Source: Chrysomallon squamiferum
Lineage: Eukaryota; Animalia; Mollusca
DNA: 64,000 nucleotides
Direction of reading: 5' to 3'
Assembly (NCBI GenBank): GCA_012295275.1
Contig: CM022670.1
Coordinates: forward strand, 33,666,001 to 33,730,000
The notes beneath the pieces were generated by a model. It was not told the origin of the DNA and searched no databases. It saw nothing but the letters and a program-made list of their open reading frames with translations. Shown piece after piece: positions 28,736-42,270 of the stretch; within the stretch, counting starts at the first letter, position 1, and every line of letters begins with the position of its first letter. The position numbers were made by a program, and so were the translations under genes.

Positions 28736-30584
28736 TATTTATTTATGCCTAATTAAGAAATGTTTGTTTCGAATAAGTTATATTTCCATGTTTTGTGAAA
28801 TATCGTAACAGCATCAAGTTTCAGCAATATTATCATAATTCAGAGGTGGAAATCAAGGTGAATATACATAAATCTTTTATTAGAAATGAGCATGTTTTGA
28901 TGACATCAGTCAAATCAATCCATACAATCCTTTGTATGTTTATGACTATTTGTGGGTGGGTGTAGGCGTGTGTGTGTATGTGTATATATATATATATTTA
29001 TTTATGTACATATGTACAGTGGGTAAGATGTATGTATGCATGCATGCATGTATGTATTCATGTATGCATGTGTGTTTGCATGTGTGATTGCATGTTTATT
29101 CTATTTTATATTTATACGTATGTCTATATGTTTAAATGTATGTTTGCATATGTGTGTATATACATACAGACAGACACACATATGTAATCTATATATATGT
29201 ATGTATACACACAATAACACACACACACAAACACACACACACACAGAGACACACATATATATATTTGTGTAATTGTATTTATATATCTGTATTTTCTCTG
29301 AGTACGTACATTTATCTATATCACCTATAATTATCCCGTCGACTCATTTATCACGTTTCTTCATAGCTGTGTGTCACAGCACCTTTTTTTTCTAAACCCG
29401 CGCTGATAAAAATCAGACGTTGGCGCAACATGGGTGGCGACTGCGACGTGGAATGTGAGCAGCGTCTTTCTCGCGACCTCGGGTGTCGTCGTAAACACCA
29501 CGTTCAGAATATGTATCAGCAAAAAAATATTCATACTGGTATTCTTGAAAAAAAAAATAATAATAATAATTTGTCAAACAATGCCTTCGTTTTATTACTG
29601 TTATCAGTCCGTCTCATCGTATGTATAGGCTCAGAATGTAGGTAAATTGATTACATCTATTTAAAATATTTAAATTCTTAGCGTAAGCATTAACAGGCTA
29701 AATATTTTAGTGCAGAGGTACTGATTGAAAATTTAATATTGGATCTGACGTGTGTTATATTTATTATTATTGTTGTTGTTGTTGTTGTTGTTATTGTCAT
29801 TGTTATTATTATTATTTCTCTATTTACTTTTTTTTTTTCTATATTTTAATTTGCTGGATTGTTTATATCTGGCAGTCAGAAGTAAAATTTATCCGTAGTG
29901 AAACTAAATTATTATACGAATCTGAAAAAAAATATTTAGTGTGTTTTGGTTTTCAGGACTTAATTATTCAGTGGGTAAGATGAACTGGCAGATTTTCACA
30001 TTTATAAGCCCATTGTCGATGATATGTTGTTGAAAACGACTGAAAAAAATATTTAAACGATTTCAACCTGAAAATCTCAACACAAGAAAGAAGTGGTATT
30101 TAATGAACAGAAAGGAAAAAAAGAATCCAATTTTCGGTTGTATTCTAAACATCGCTAACAGTATTTGTAAATTAGAAATAAGTAAAACGTTTAAGAGGAT
30201 AGTTTTGTAATGCATTTATCTCGGTTTGTATGAAGCTGTTTTGTTGCATTGTTTGTTTTCTTTACGGCAATTTTCTTTCTGGATTTCCCATTCTTTTTTT
30301 TTTCTTTTTTTCTAATTTAATTGCTTTGTTGAAAATATTTTCGTGCAGGTTTTGGTTCTTGTAATTTCATATCGAACTCTTTAAGATTTAATTAATTATG
30401 GGTTTGGCCTTTCACTGATTAAAAGAGGGCGGTTTTCTTGTATTCTCTGAGTTCGCTATTTAATTATCTTTTTCTCTAATTTGTTTCTAAATTCATTTTT
30501 TTTTCTTCTTTTTTTTAACATTATTTTTTGTAATTTTTTATTTTTATTTCATTTTTTTTTTTTAATTATTATTATTACTTATCA

Positions 30585-30675
<91 letters not shown>

Positions 30676-32133
30676 TCTTATCTCATCATCAAATACATAA
30701 ATTTTGCTTACAAAGTGTATTAATACTTTAGCATGAACTACAATATGCTTTTTGGTATTTCTTTCCTTACAAATCAGTCAGTCAACCACTGCAGGTTTAA
30801 GCAAATCTGTCATGGTACACCGCCAAGTCAGTGATAATATAACTGTAATAGAAGGTCAGTTAGTAAGAAGATAAAATATAGTATTCTAAAACCTTCCTGG
30901 TTATATTTCGGTTGAGAGCATATAACAAGTCGCGACTTCACATTCTGTTTAAACCAAAACTCACTGAAATAGCCACGTGTCGCTGTAACTCATGCTATGC
31001 TAAAATTACGTCAATACGTTACGACAACGCTCTTCCCGTCTCTTGCAGCCTGTTCTCCTTGTGTTTTGTTCTGCGTCGCGTAAACACCTGTTAACTCTTT
31101 GAACTGTTACTTTTTAACTTTTATTCCACGACTCGTTAAGTCTGAGTGGACAAATGGAGTGCCACTGATGATGAGACAGACAGCTTGGAGAATTGCAAGT
31201 ATCACTAACCATTTGATGGCACCAAGCGAAGCGTTACTATTTCAAACTCTATTTACCCGTTCAACGCAGCCCTCCGACCCCTAGGGCTCGCGTCTTGTGT
31301 CGAGACACGGGAAGTTTCATTAAGGAATTACCTAATCAGGTAAATACTTGTTTTTGTACAGCAAGAAAACCTGCCATCCTGGAATGAATACAGAGATGAC
31401 ACCTGTCACCTTAGTGTCTCCAACACATTGGACGTAAACTGAAAAGAAATACAAAAAAAAAAAAAAAAAAAAAAAAAAGCCCTCAAAAAGCTGATATTCC
31501 TCAAGTTAAAAGAACTATGTCATGTATATATATACAGATATGTGTGTGTGTGCGTGTGTGTGTATGTGTATGTATGTATATACATTTTTTATTTTTTATT
31601 TTTTTATAACTTGTACAGAGATAAATAGTCGAAGTCATGCGTAAGAATATGCGCACTTGTGGACTCGGTGAGATGTAAAATATGCAGCAATGTTGACATA
31701 CTGGTTAAAAATAAATAGGTGATCTTTCCTTTCTTTTCATAATTTGATATTTATTGTCACGATTTTAAAGCAATTTTTTTTATGCTTTTATTTTCAAAAG
31801 TACCATGGAGAAAAAAATGGTTTAATAATTTACATAGAAAACGTAGGTGTCAATTCTGATTTATTATTATTATTTTTTTCTAGGATCTCAAATTTATAGA
31901 CGTAACTTTATCGCTGGCTACTCTGCCTTTCTCTTCTGGAATGTTACCTTTCCTGATGGAAAGGAGTAAATATTTCTTTAACACATCTCATCATAAGTTA
32001 ATGTTATGGGAAGAAAACATAGATGTTTTTGTGGTTTTTAGTTATTGGAATTTTTGTTTGCTTGTTTGTTGTAGTTTTCTGTTTGTATCTTGTTTTTTGT
32101 CGTTTTGTTTTTGTTTTTTGTTGTTGGTGGGGA

Positions 32134-32135
<2 letters not shown>

Positions 32136-32168
<33 letters not shown>

Positions 32169-32207
32169 GTCGTTGTTGTTGTTGTCGTTGTCGTTGTCGT
32201 TGTTGTT
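32136..32207. repeat. (GTT)n/(GTC) microsatellite
   Basis: Direct reading. Confidence 0.9.
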
Positions 32208-32220
32208 GGGTTTTTTTAGC

Positions 32221-32330
32221 TGTTGATAAACCAGTCGTAGAGCACTGGTTGAACAGGAAATAGACGAATGGGCGCTCGAAGTGAACTGATCACGCGACTC
32301 ATAATACCTGAAGCCAGAGTTCTAACAACA
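32221..32330 (-). mobile_element. Decayed SINE-like element, 5' part (possibly a tRNA-derived head)
   Basis: Reverse complement 'gttcaaccagtgctctacgactgg' matches 'gttctagacaatgctccacgactg' at ~56358. It may continue left across the (GTT)n tract to ~31890. Confidence 0.5.
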
Positions 32331-33167
32331 AAGTGCATTGCTGGAATACTCTCCGAATGTTCCGCTGTCAAGTTTATTCTTTAACCTTTAGCTAGAACGT
32401 GTCAGAACTGGCCTTTGTGCACTTCAGTTCATTTATTACACAATAATATTTTTCTATTAACATTTGTCAAACTCGGTCAAGTTTTCCATTAGTTGGGATC
32501 TAACCCCATTTATCTGCATACAGCCCTCTTTTTTAATATCATCTTCATTTCTCCGTTTCCTCTGTTTTAAAACGGAAGTTTCGCCTAACTGTTTTCTTTT
32601 AACAACATTACAATTATCTCTATTACTTTGTACGTAATATTATCATTTCACTATTCCTCTTTCTCAGACAATGCGGCTATTAGAAGTCCATAAAATGTCC
32701 TCAATATTTGCTGTATTGCACATGACTGGTCATCTTCTGTTATCATATCATTATTTACTTTTTTGTTATTACCGTTTATTTTCGTGGCATACAGCGCAAT
32801 GTAAAGGTATACACCTTAAAACCCATTAATAAGAAGTAATCCCAAATATATTATCATGGCTTTAAGTTATTAGCTATATCTATTAAACAAACACTAGATA
32901 TTCGCCGGTACAAAGTTGTGGTCTCCTTTGAACAAAGTGTACAAATATACAGAGTTGTATGTTTATGACGGCATTAGTCACGGGAGGCGAGTTTCTTCTC
33001 AACAGAGTTATTGCTTGTTTTCGTATGCTAAGACTTCACTTACTTAGTTTACTTTATGTTGATCTCATTGGGCCAGGCACAAAGGGTCACACTGTCTGAA
33101 GGTTGTCGCGAAAAATGATTCAACTTACAACACGCAATACATAAACACGAACAAAAGCACAGGGCAG

Positions 33168-33169
<2 letters not shown>

Positions 33170-33247
<78 letters not shown>
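33170..33247. repeat. (CA)n-(TA)n compound microsatellite
   Basis: Direct reading. Confidence 0.9.
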
Positions 33248-33251
<4 letters not shown>

Positions 33252-33540
33252 TTATTTATATACAAACGTATTCTATCATAATTAAGCAGTATATATGTAT
33301 GAAGAGTTTAATTGCAAAACGTTTCACAGACCATTTATAACTTTAAAGAAAACGCAAATCAAACTGAAAAAGATGTAAGCCCTTTTGTACTGTCAGTAAA
33401 AATTTAGTGGTCGTTTCCTATTAAGTGTCATTGATTTAATAGTTTATTAGGCTTGTTATAATGAAGCAATGAGTAACGCATATCAGTCAAAAAATATGGC
33501 CCAAATAATGTAAGCTCTTTTGCAGTTGAGATCTATATTG

Positions 33541-33582
<42 letters not shown>

Positions 33583-34270
33583 ACGTATGTATGTATATAA
33601 CGTATGTAGAAATTCTTGTTAATAATTTGGAATATTCTTCACATTAATTTATTTACATACATAATTACACATTAACATATTCAGTTCAAGTATCAAAATA
33701 AAGTAAAAGTAAGGCTAACACAAAGACGTGCTGTATTTGTATGTGCGTGTGTATCTTACCGCTGTCCCCATTTCCTCGGTTTATGAACATAGCTTTACCT
33801 ACGGTAGTCATCTTCAGTCGGTTCTGCTTGAATGTCTTCAGTGTATGCAGTGTACATTCCATCTATGCATTGCCCTCGTATTATAACAGAAGTAATTGTA
33901 GAGGTCAAAGTTTTAGGGTGGTTCAAAAACGCCGTGTTTGCTTTTCAAAACGATGAAATGATAGTCGCCAAATACAAAAGAAATCGCGAATGAACTCTGC
34001 TTCCCCTTACCCGTGTCATCTAATACGTTCCCTATACGCTTGTTTACTCAAATTAAGCTTTCGACATGAGCGTGTGTGAAGATAGATGTGTTTTTGTGTT
34101 CAGAACCTTGTCTTTGGTTTAAACACTGGTGCCACGGGTGCCACTGCAATCGATATTGTTATTGTTGTTACAGCTGCTGCTGTTGTTGGTGGTGGTGGTG
34201 GTGGTGCTGAAGCTTCTGTTGTTTTTTTGATATCATTTATCATCATCTTCGTCATTTTTATCATCAGTCA

Positions 34271-34404
34271 GGATGGATACATCATTTGTTCTTGGCAGTT
34301 TCTGGACTGGAATCAGCGGGTTTCTTTTCCGAGCTTTTGTTATTTCAAAATCAGAGACCTGACACCTTGATGTTATTAATAAACATTGTTGTTTGTCGTT
34401 AAGC
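34271..34404 (+). mobile_element. Highly decayed SINE-like 3' fragment
   Basis: 'agcgggtttc' at 34315 followed about 80 nt later by 'tgtcgttaa', the same motif order and spacing as the other copies. Confidence 0.4.
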
Positions 34405-34437
34405 ATATAATATACTTGTCTGTTTACCTGTATGTAT

Positions 34438-34527
34438 ATCTATCTATCTAATATGTCTGACTGTCTATCTGTATCTATCTATCTATATCTATATATCTAC
34501 TTATCTATCTATCTGCTTATCTATCTA

Positions 34528-34574
<47 letters not shown>

Positions 34575-34612
34575 CTTTATCTATCGATCTGTCTATGTGT
34601 GTGTGTGTGTGC
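34438..34612. repeat. (TATC)n/(TGTC)n/(TG)n compound microsatellite
   Basis: Direct reading. Confidence 0.85.
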
Positions 34613-35257
34613 GCTTATCTCTATATGCATCTATATATGTGTCTAAGTGTATGTGTATGTACATATGTATTTCAATCTTTACGTGTTGTATATCTAAGAT
34701 TGTTATTTCCTGTAACAGCCAGTAGACCACATTTCATTCATTAAAGACATTGATATATGCATCCTGTTTGTGGGCAACGTAAAATAAAACGTCTTTTTTC
34801 TGGTAATGGTGTGGCACTGATGCTAATCTTTTCCTCGCCATTATACCCGCAAAAATACAAAATTAATAAATCTTATTATCAAACAAAGGGTATCGTTAAA
34901 CAAACATCGTCCATTGTTGCTTTGTGTTTGTTTATCTCTCTTTAATAATAAGACTCAGTGACCCAACTGTATGAACCGAAATTAACTTTCACCCTATGAA
35001 AGAGAAAGTTATCCGAGTTGATCCGCTATGTGACACACCTAAGTACAAAACGCGTAAACAAGTGTCTGATGCTCATCTCTGACCTCCTTGTCTGTTGCTG
35101 TCTGCTCTGAAGACTATAAATCAGATGTAGAGGTCCAGACATTTCTGTCAACGTTCTGTACCAAGTCCTTTGTTGTCTTTTTATTTAGCATATTGCTTCT
35201 ACGTCGTTTCTGACACTGGTGCGAAAAACTGAGATAAAGAGACGGAGATAGAGATAA

Positions 35258-35410
<153 letters not shown>

Positions 35411-38400
35411 ATCATGTTTCTATTAGTATTATCTAAACAATTTACTTTCAGAAATTGTTTTCCTTTGTTTTGAACATTAAAAAACATTAAAGCTGTCTTT
35501 TCTTTTCAGTTTTAAACAGTCGGCCTGAAACCTTTATCAGAGTCTGTTCCTTCTTATTGCAAATTAATGTATTCCGCCCTTCTGAAATCATTTTGTGATT
35601 ATTCGGCTTTATTTTTCTTATTTGCTTATTTTCTTTTTCTTTTTTTAATCTTTTTTCTTTTTCTTTCTTTTTTTTTTTTTTTTTTTTCTTTTTTAACAAT
35701 CACAGTTGGTGTTACGCAAATCAGTACAACAACTTGAATATTTAAAACAACCCTTTAGTGTGAAAAATGCATCCAGAATATGATTAATATACGAGCTTTA
35801 TAAGAAAGATCCCAAAACAACGTGACCATCCCCAAAAGTTTAAAATTACAAGACAAAAAAAATGATTGATTGAAATTACTTACTCATGATTTATTTTTGT
35901 TGAATTTGAGTCTGATATATTAATTTCATTATATATATATATATATTATTTGTTTTTGGTTGTCATTTTTTTTTTTTTTTTTTTTTTTTTTTTCGTATAA
36001 TTATTTTCAATCAGAATAGGAATTTTGGTTTTGTTGAGTCACGAGAGGTCAATATAGACTTTTTCTGCTAGAAGTGGAAGGGACACCACTCCGATGAGAC
36101 TAATATTTGATCTTACCAGCTTGGACAGATTTTCTTTGTTCTTCTGTTTTATTATTATTGTTATTATTATCTTACTGCCATATCTAAGTCATCGCTATGG
36201 TCTTCGTATACTCCTGTGATCATCTCGTTTTGAAACTGTAAATTACATCACGCATAATTATATAATTCAGACAATAGTCACTGAGCACCGTTCCTGAACA
36301 CTGAACACAGCACATCGTATTATTTATTCATCATGATGTTTTTTCTTGTTTGTTTAAATATGGAAAAGAATTTGTTCTGAAGAATGCTAATAGTGAAACC
36401 TCCTTTGCACCCGTTTGCACCACACGCTCAGCATGTTGGTTACACCTACACTGTCTTAATTTGTTCGATGTCGTAAAGTATGCCGTGTTTCTAACATCCT
36501 TGTAAGGTTTTATTTCGGGATACGACCTCCTGCTACGTCAAACATTTCTCCGCCTCCTTGAAAATAGCGAGGAAACACTTTCCAATGGTTTTATCTGCTT
36601 ATTTAAAACTTAGCCAAGTCTGACTTGTTGTCTATACAGTTATCTACCTAACATACATCATTTTCTTTTTTTTTTACTTTTTCTTCTTTTTTTTTTTATA
36701 TATTATTTTTATGTATTATTATTCTTTTTTTTACGCTGTCAAAACGTCCTTTACAATTGCATCGTTTATCTCTTCAAAATATCTGGCGACCCAAAACATT
36801 CATGTCATTCTGTGGAATTCGAACCGCAAATACCCAACCGAGAAAGGTACGACAGCTATGCAACTTGCTTGTTCCCTTCTTGGCCACCCGATGGGTTGCT
36901 CAAACTTCTAGCGCGGAGAATTAACATTACAATAACGTTACCAGCTTGCTTTTCAGCGAGATCTACTTACCAGTACTCGTATGCTATAAAGTATCCTCAA
37001 ACCCAAAACACAATGCTTTTTATAGACCACAAGGTAAAATTTGGCTGTGCATCGCTACGTTTTAACTAGCTAAATAGTCGTTTTAAATACCGTATAGAAA
37101 AACTCCCAGCGGTGGAGCTTTAGCCTTTCTTGATGTTTTAAACCTTCCTTTTTTTAAACCATTGCCTCGGCTTTGGCCCGATGCTTGTTAAAAGGTGACA
37201 AGATGTGCCCAAAGTTAAAGCAGCAGTTTAACCATTTTGCTATTAGATCGGTTGGGAACGTTTCATATGGGCGTGTCCACCCGACTGAGGATGGGTCAGG
37301 CGTTTAAAACATTCGACCCGATTCGAAGTGAAAAAAAGGAAAAAGAAGAAGAGAGAGAAAAAAAAAAGCATATGTCTTTTTCTGAAGAGGGTGTCACACT
37401 GAGATTTCCCGTGAATGACTGGGCAAGGTACTACCGTGACTTTAACTTTGCATCGCCGCATACCTCAACGTGAATAGTTCTGTCAAATACTTCAGCTAAG
37501 TTGAATACAGCATTTATACGTTGGAACTCTGCGTTAATACTGTTGTTCAATAAGAGAGAAAAACTGCTTTGTTGGCCAGCATTTCCATTAATTTCTAATG
37601 GACTTGCGTTGGAATGTGGCTTTTGAAATGTGCGAAAAATATATATACTCAAGCACAGTACGGCCTAGATGGTTGTGGTTTTAGACACACGAAATATACA
37701 GAAGATATACATATGTATGTGTGTGTGTATGTGTGTATTCGACAGTTGCTATTGTGGTAACGGGGAAGAATTCGTCTTACTTTACATTAGAAACGAAATG
37801 ACATTAATGTCTTCTGTTCGAAGAAATATATAACAGAGAAAATAATTTATGAGTCTGGAAGGGGTGAAGGTAAAAAAAAGTATTCTGTATAAAATACAAC
37901 GGCCAATGAAGTGCAATGAACGAGAGCAAAAACATCTATTTTTCCATTACTCATGCGACAAATTCAAGGAATGTGAAACATAGAACCTTATCTAGGTATT
38001 TCTTTGTGATAATTTTAAGCGCGCGCATGTGTTTGTGTCCACAGATCTGGATGTTACTGTGATATCTTTTTGGAATCCCCAGAATATGACCAGATGTTGA
38101 TTTTCAGATCTCTTGGATAGAAAGAAAGAAAGAAAAAAATAAACTAACTATGATTCATCTCTATGGATAAAGTCATCATCGAATGCATGAGTCATCAAAC
38201 TGAATTTACTGTTAGATAATCTATGCCCTAACCAATTCTTTATTCTCCAATTGGATAGACGATTGTATGTTTTGTAAATAAACACGGCCTATGACTCGGC
38301 TTTATAAAACGAGGAATCGTGTGTGTTACTCTTAATACGTAATAAGAAGGATTTTGATGTTTCTGGCTGCTGATTTTTGAAGGGAATACTGGTCAGGAAG

Positions 38401-39427
38401 TCGAGAAGAACTGCAGACACGTCTGAAATCCTTTCTTCGATCACTGACAGCTGAGGCAGAAGGGATTACTACGGACAGAAAAAGTGACTTGGGATAATTT
38501 TGTCACCTCGTTTTATTACGCTTGAAATGCTTATCGCAACGGAATTTCAGCTCCGTGTAAAGGGAAACAGAGGTATTTCACAGTTCGTATGTCGTGGCTT
38601 TGTGTAAAGTTTAGTTACTAGTGTAAAATAATATGTCTGGTGAATGAAAAGAATGTTAGAGTCACTGATTCGTATATTTATACTAAACAAGAAAAGAAAA
38701 ATTCTAAATACGTTAAAGAAAAAAAAAACGAAAGGAAAGGTATGAATGAAAGAAGAATGAATGAACGAACGGATGGATGGATGAATTAAAGGAAGAAAGA
38801 ATGAAAGAACGTTTCAGTTATCACGTGTGAGAGATGAGTACTATTTATGTATCCAAGATTTCCATATACAACAGACTTAATAAAACTATTATTTTAATAT
38901 CATACAATTTGAAAGCCTTTTTCTGCACAGCAAGTAATAATACTCTTAAAACCTTTTTTTTTCATGCCTCTTTCGTTGTTTAGTTGATTACTCCTACCCT
39001 TGTAGATTATTAACTACGATAATATCGATATAACGCGGACTGTGTTCCATCTTTCTGCATTATTTTTAAATGTCAAATGGTCCCTTAAGTCCGTTTAATG
39101 ACCAGATGTTGTATTTTGAGACTAACTCTAACGATTTATAACAATAGAAATGTAATTGTCAAGCCTAGCTAATGTCAATAAAACTTATAACAATGTCATT
39201 GAAAGAATATGGTTTTAAAAGGAAGGTTTAATATCACAGCATCCGAAAATTATCGTCACAAATTATTACAGTCTGGGTAGTCTTGATATTTCTGTGTGCC
39301 ACGTGTATATATATAATAATTATACATGTCAAAATCGTATCTCATGAATTATATATGAATTTATTTAAAGGTAAAGAATAATTAATTGAGAGAGAAAAAA
39401 CTGACAGAGATGTTTCTGATGATGATC

Positions 39428-39460
<33 letters not shown>

Positions 39461-40116
39461 GTGATCATAGGACAATTCAAGGTTTATAATATTTCACACC
39501 CACTTTGATTTCATTTTATACTGTTATTTATCAAGATTATTAATAATGTGATTCGCTGGTAACCGACATGAAAAATCCTTGTGACTGCTGTGTTCGACAT
39601 CTGAGATCAAAGTATTCAAAATTTCAAATGTCATATCAAAGTAAAGGATTAAGTAAGTGGTACATGTAATGTAAAACTGATCTCTATTGTTTGTGTATTA
39701 CAGTTTCCCAATTTGTTTTCTGTCTATTTTTTATTTATTTTTTATTCAATTTTACTTTTTAAATTTTTTTTTGTGAAACAGTACAGTAAATTTCAAAGAC
39801 TCGCTTTTTGTCTCTGATATTTAAATTTATTTATTTATTGATTTATTATTTTCAGTAAATCTTATCTCAAAGTCTCTGATATTTACATTAATTGCTGTTA
39901 AATCTTTGTAAATATTTTTCTATTCGTTATTTAATTCAAGTCTCTTCTGTTCGTCGTACTGAATAATGAATGTTCTCAGAACATTCTGCGTGTATTCTGT
40001 CAAAGGCCAAAATACCTCTTCTTCTGTCAATGTACACTTTATAATTAGGCTGCCCGTGTCTTTGAAAATTATTACGTGTCTTTCTATTACTATTACACTT
40101 TTTTTTTAAAGTAACT

Positions 40117-40342
40117 AAATAAAATATACAGAAACAAAGACGAATAGAAGGACCCTTTGGCCATATATGCTGTCTTTTTTTATCTATTTTTTTAAATAAA
40201 TAATAAAATAAACAGAAACAAACAGAAAATGAAAGACCGTTTGGCCATGTAGCTATGTATTTTCTCTTTTTTCTAAATAAATAAATAGAATATATCGAAA
40301 CAAACAGAGAAAGAAGAATGGTTTGGCCATACACGCTGTCTT
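40117..40342. repeat. Diverged ~84-bp tandem repeat x3
   Basis: Three copies of 'gaaacaaa...tttggccat...gct', starting near 40129, 40213 and 40296. Confidence 0.65.
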
Positions 40343-41193
40343 GTCGACACTAGCATATGATTATTTAGTTAGATGTGTCTGTGATGGGTCTGGGCTGATC
40401 AATCAATGAATTATGTTTTATCAGCTAAGGCTTCAAGAGCCACTTGGCCGTATTGTTTCCATAGTTTAACCTAACCTTCCCTCAGTTTAACGTTATTTTG
40501 AAGCTGTGGAATAACATAAAATTAATTTACCATTACAACTGTGCAGGTTTTTGTTTCTAACGATTTTCCTGTCGATGACGTGAGGATTAATAACAGAAAA
40601 ACAAATGTTTATCGAATTTGTTATGGATCGTTGTAGGTTTCGTATGTTGCAAACGTTTCAATTGATTTACGTGTTATCTTTTATAATTAAGTATTCGGAG
40701 AACATTTGACTTTCATAACGAATTTTAATTTATTTCGTTTAATAATTTTTTTTTTTTTTTTTTTTTTAAATTCTCTAACTTACTGTTTTATTTTCGTAAC
40801 GAAGAAGATGTTATAGTTTCGGACTCGGATAAACGTAGTAAAAAAAAAAAAAAAAAAAAAAAAAAATGTTGTAATATCAATAATATAAACAAAAACAACA
40901 ACAACCAAAAACTACAAAATTTTCATTTTCTTGCGTTCTCAGTAAGAAAACCACACGCCTGCCTCGGCCACAAAGATTCTGTCGTATCACTGTTGATGTA
41001 TGAAAAATTATAGTGGAAATCATTAAAGTCACAGTGTGGGATAAAACTCGTTTGTGTCACTATTGAATGGAGCGGAATCACGTGCTTTCATACATACGCA
41101 ATCGAGTCTTAGGATAATCGTTTTCCCGTCTCTCTCCTCCCACACTTCATCTCTCTGCCCGTTGGCAATAATATTTAATTTGTCTATTTTCAG

Positions 41194-41773
41194 CTAGAAT
41201 AAGCGAATGAAATCTGGGCGAAACAGTGAGGGCAACTGAGGAATCCTTAAAGCATCGGTCACTTCACGTTCCGGACCCAGACCAGAGAACTCAAACTTGG
41301 ACAGAAGAATACGAATCCAGGTGTACAAGAGAAAGAAGAAAAAGAAGAAGAAGAAGAAAAAAAAAAACCCAGAGAGACTTTTTAAATTCATTTAGTGCTC
41401 TTCGAGTTCTATTATAACTGATCATATATAAACATATATATATCCAGGCTGTTTTCTGTGTAGGGGAAAAAGAAAAAAGCGGCACCCTGACCCCACAGTT
41501 GGGGTTTCTGCTGTTGGTGCGGGTATGGTGTGCACATCGTCTCACTGATCCTGGCTAATGGATGTTACGGTTATCACACATGGTATTGTCCTGTGGCGTG
41601 CACCCTTGTCCAGGACTCAACACGGGCTGTCATGAGCACCAGTCTGGCAGTTCCCCTCACTGGACCGCTGTCTCTACCGCCGTACCCCACTAAACACAGA
41701 CAACGCCGCCGGCACCCCTATGACGTCACGTCTCACGTGTACAGCTGTCTACGCCGGTCAACGACTCAGGTGT
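41194..41773 (+). other. Candidate 5' exon (mostly 5' UTR) of the Trunk-like gene
   Basis: Acceptor-like 'aatttgtctattttcag|' ends at 41193, followed by a largely GC-rich body and the GTAAGT donor at 41774. Alternatively transcription could start near TATATAAA at 41425-41432. Confidence 0.35.
41720..41773 (+). CDS. Candidate first coding exon segment of the Trunk-like gene (MTSRLTCTAVYAGQRLRC)
   Basis: ATG at 41720 is followed by exactly 18 codons and then a consensus donor GTAAGT at 41774. Phase 0 matches the acceptor at 47868/47869. It lies in a GC/CpG-rich block that ends abruptly in T-rich intron-like sequence. Alternative: ATG 41632 with the CAG|GTGTGT donor at 41770, also phase 0. Confidence 0.45.
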
Positions 41774-42226
41774 GTAAGTTTTGTTTTGTTTTTGTTTGTT
41801 TTTAAACCTTTCACTCAGTTTATGTAGACTATTAGCACTGTTTGTTTCAGAAATGATTCGTAATAAGGCTGTAAAAGATATTTTTTTTTCTTCCAGCTTC
41901 CAGCCTTAAATCAGTTTTCTTTATCATGTTTTTGTTTTTGTTTGTTACTTATTATCATCTTTCGGCTGCCTTATATTTTATTTTATTTTATTTTATTTTA
42001 TTATTATTATTATTATTATTATTTTATTATTATTATTATTTATTTCTTATCCTTTCTTCCGAGGTTTTTCTTTTATTTTTCATATATTAAGTATAATTAT
42101 AAATAATTACAACCACTGTTTAATCAGTGATCATTTCTTTATTATTTCTGTATGTCTCTTGGGTTTTATTATAGTACTAGAGTTTGTTTTGTTGTGTGTG
42201 TCTGTGTGTTTGTAGAGTTTGTTTTG

Positions 42227-42270
<44 letters not shown>

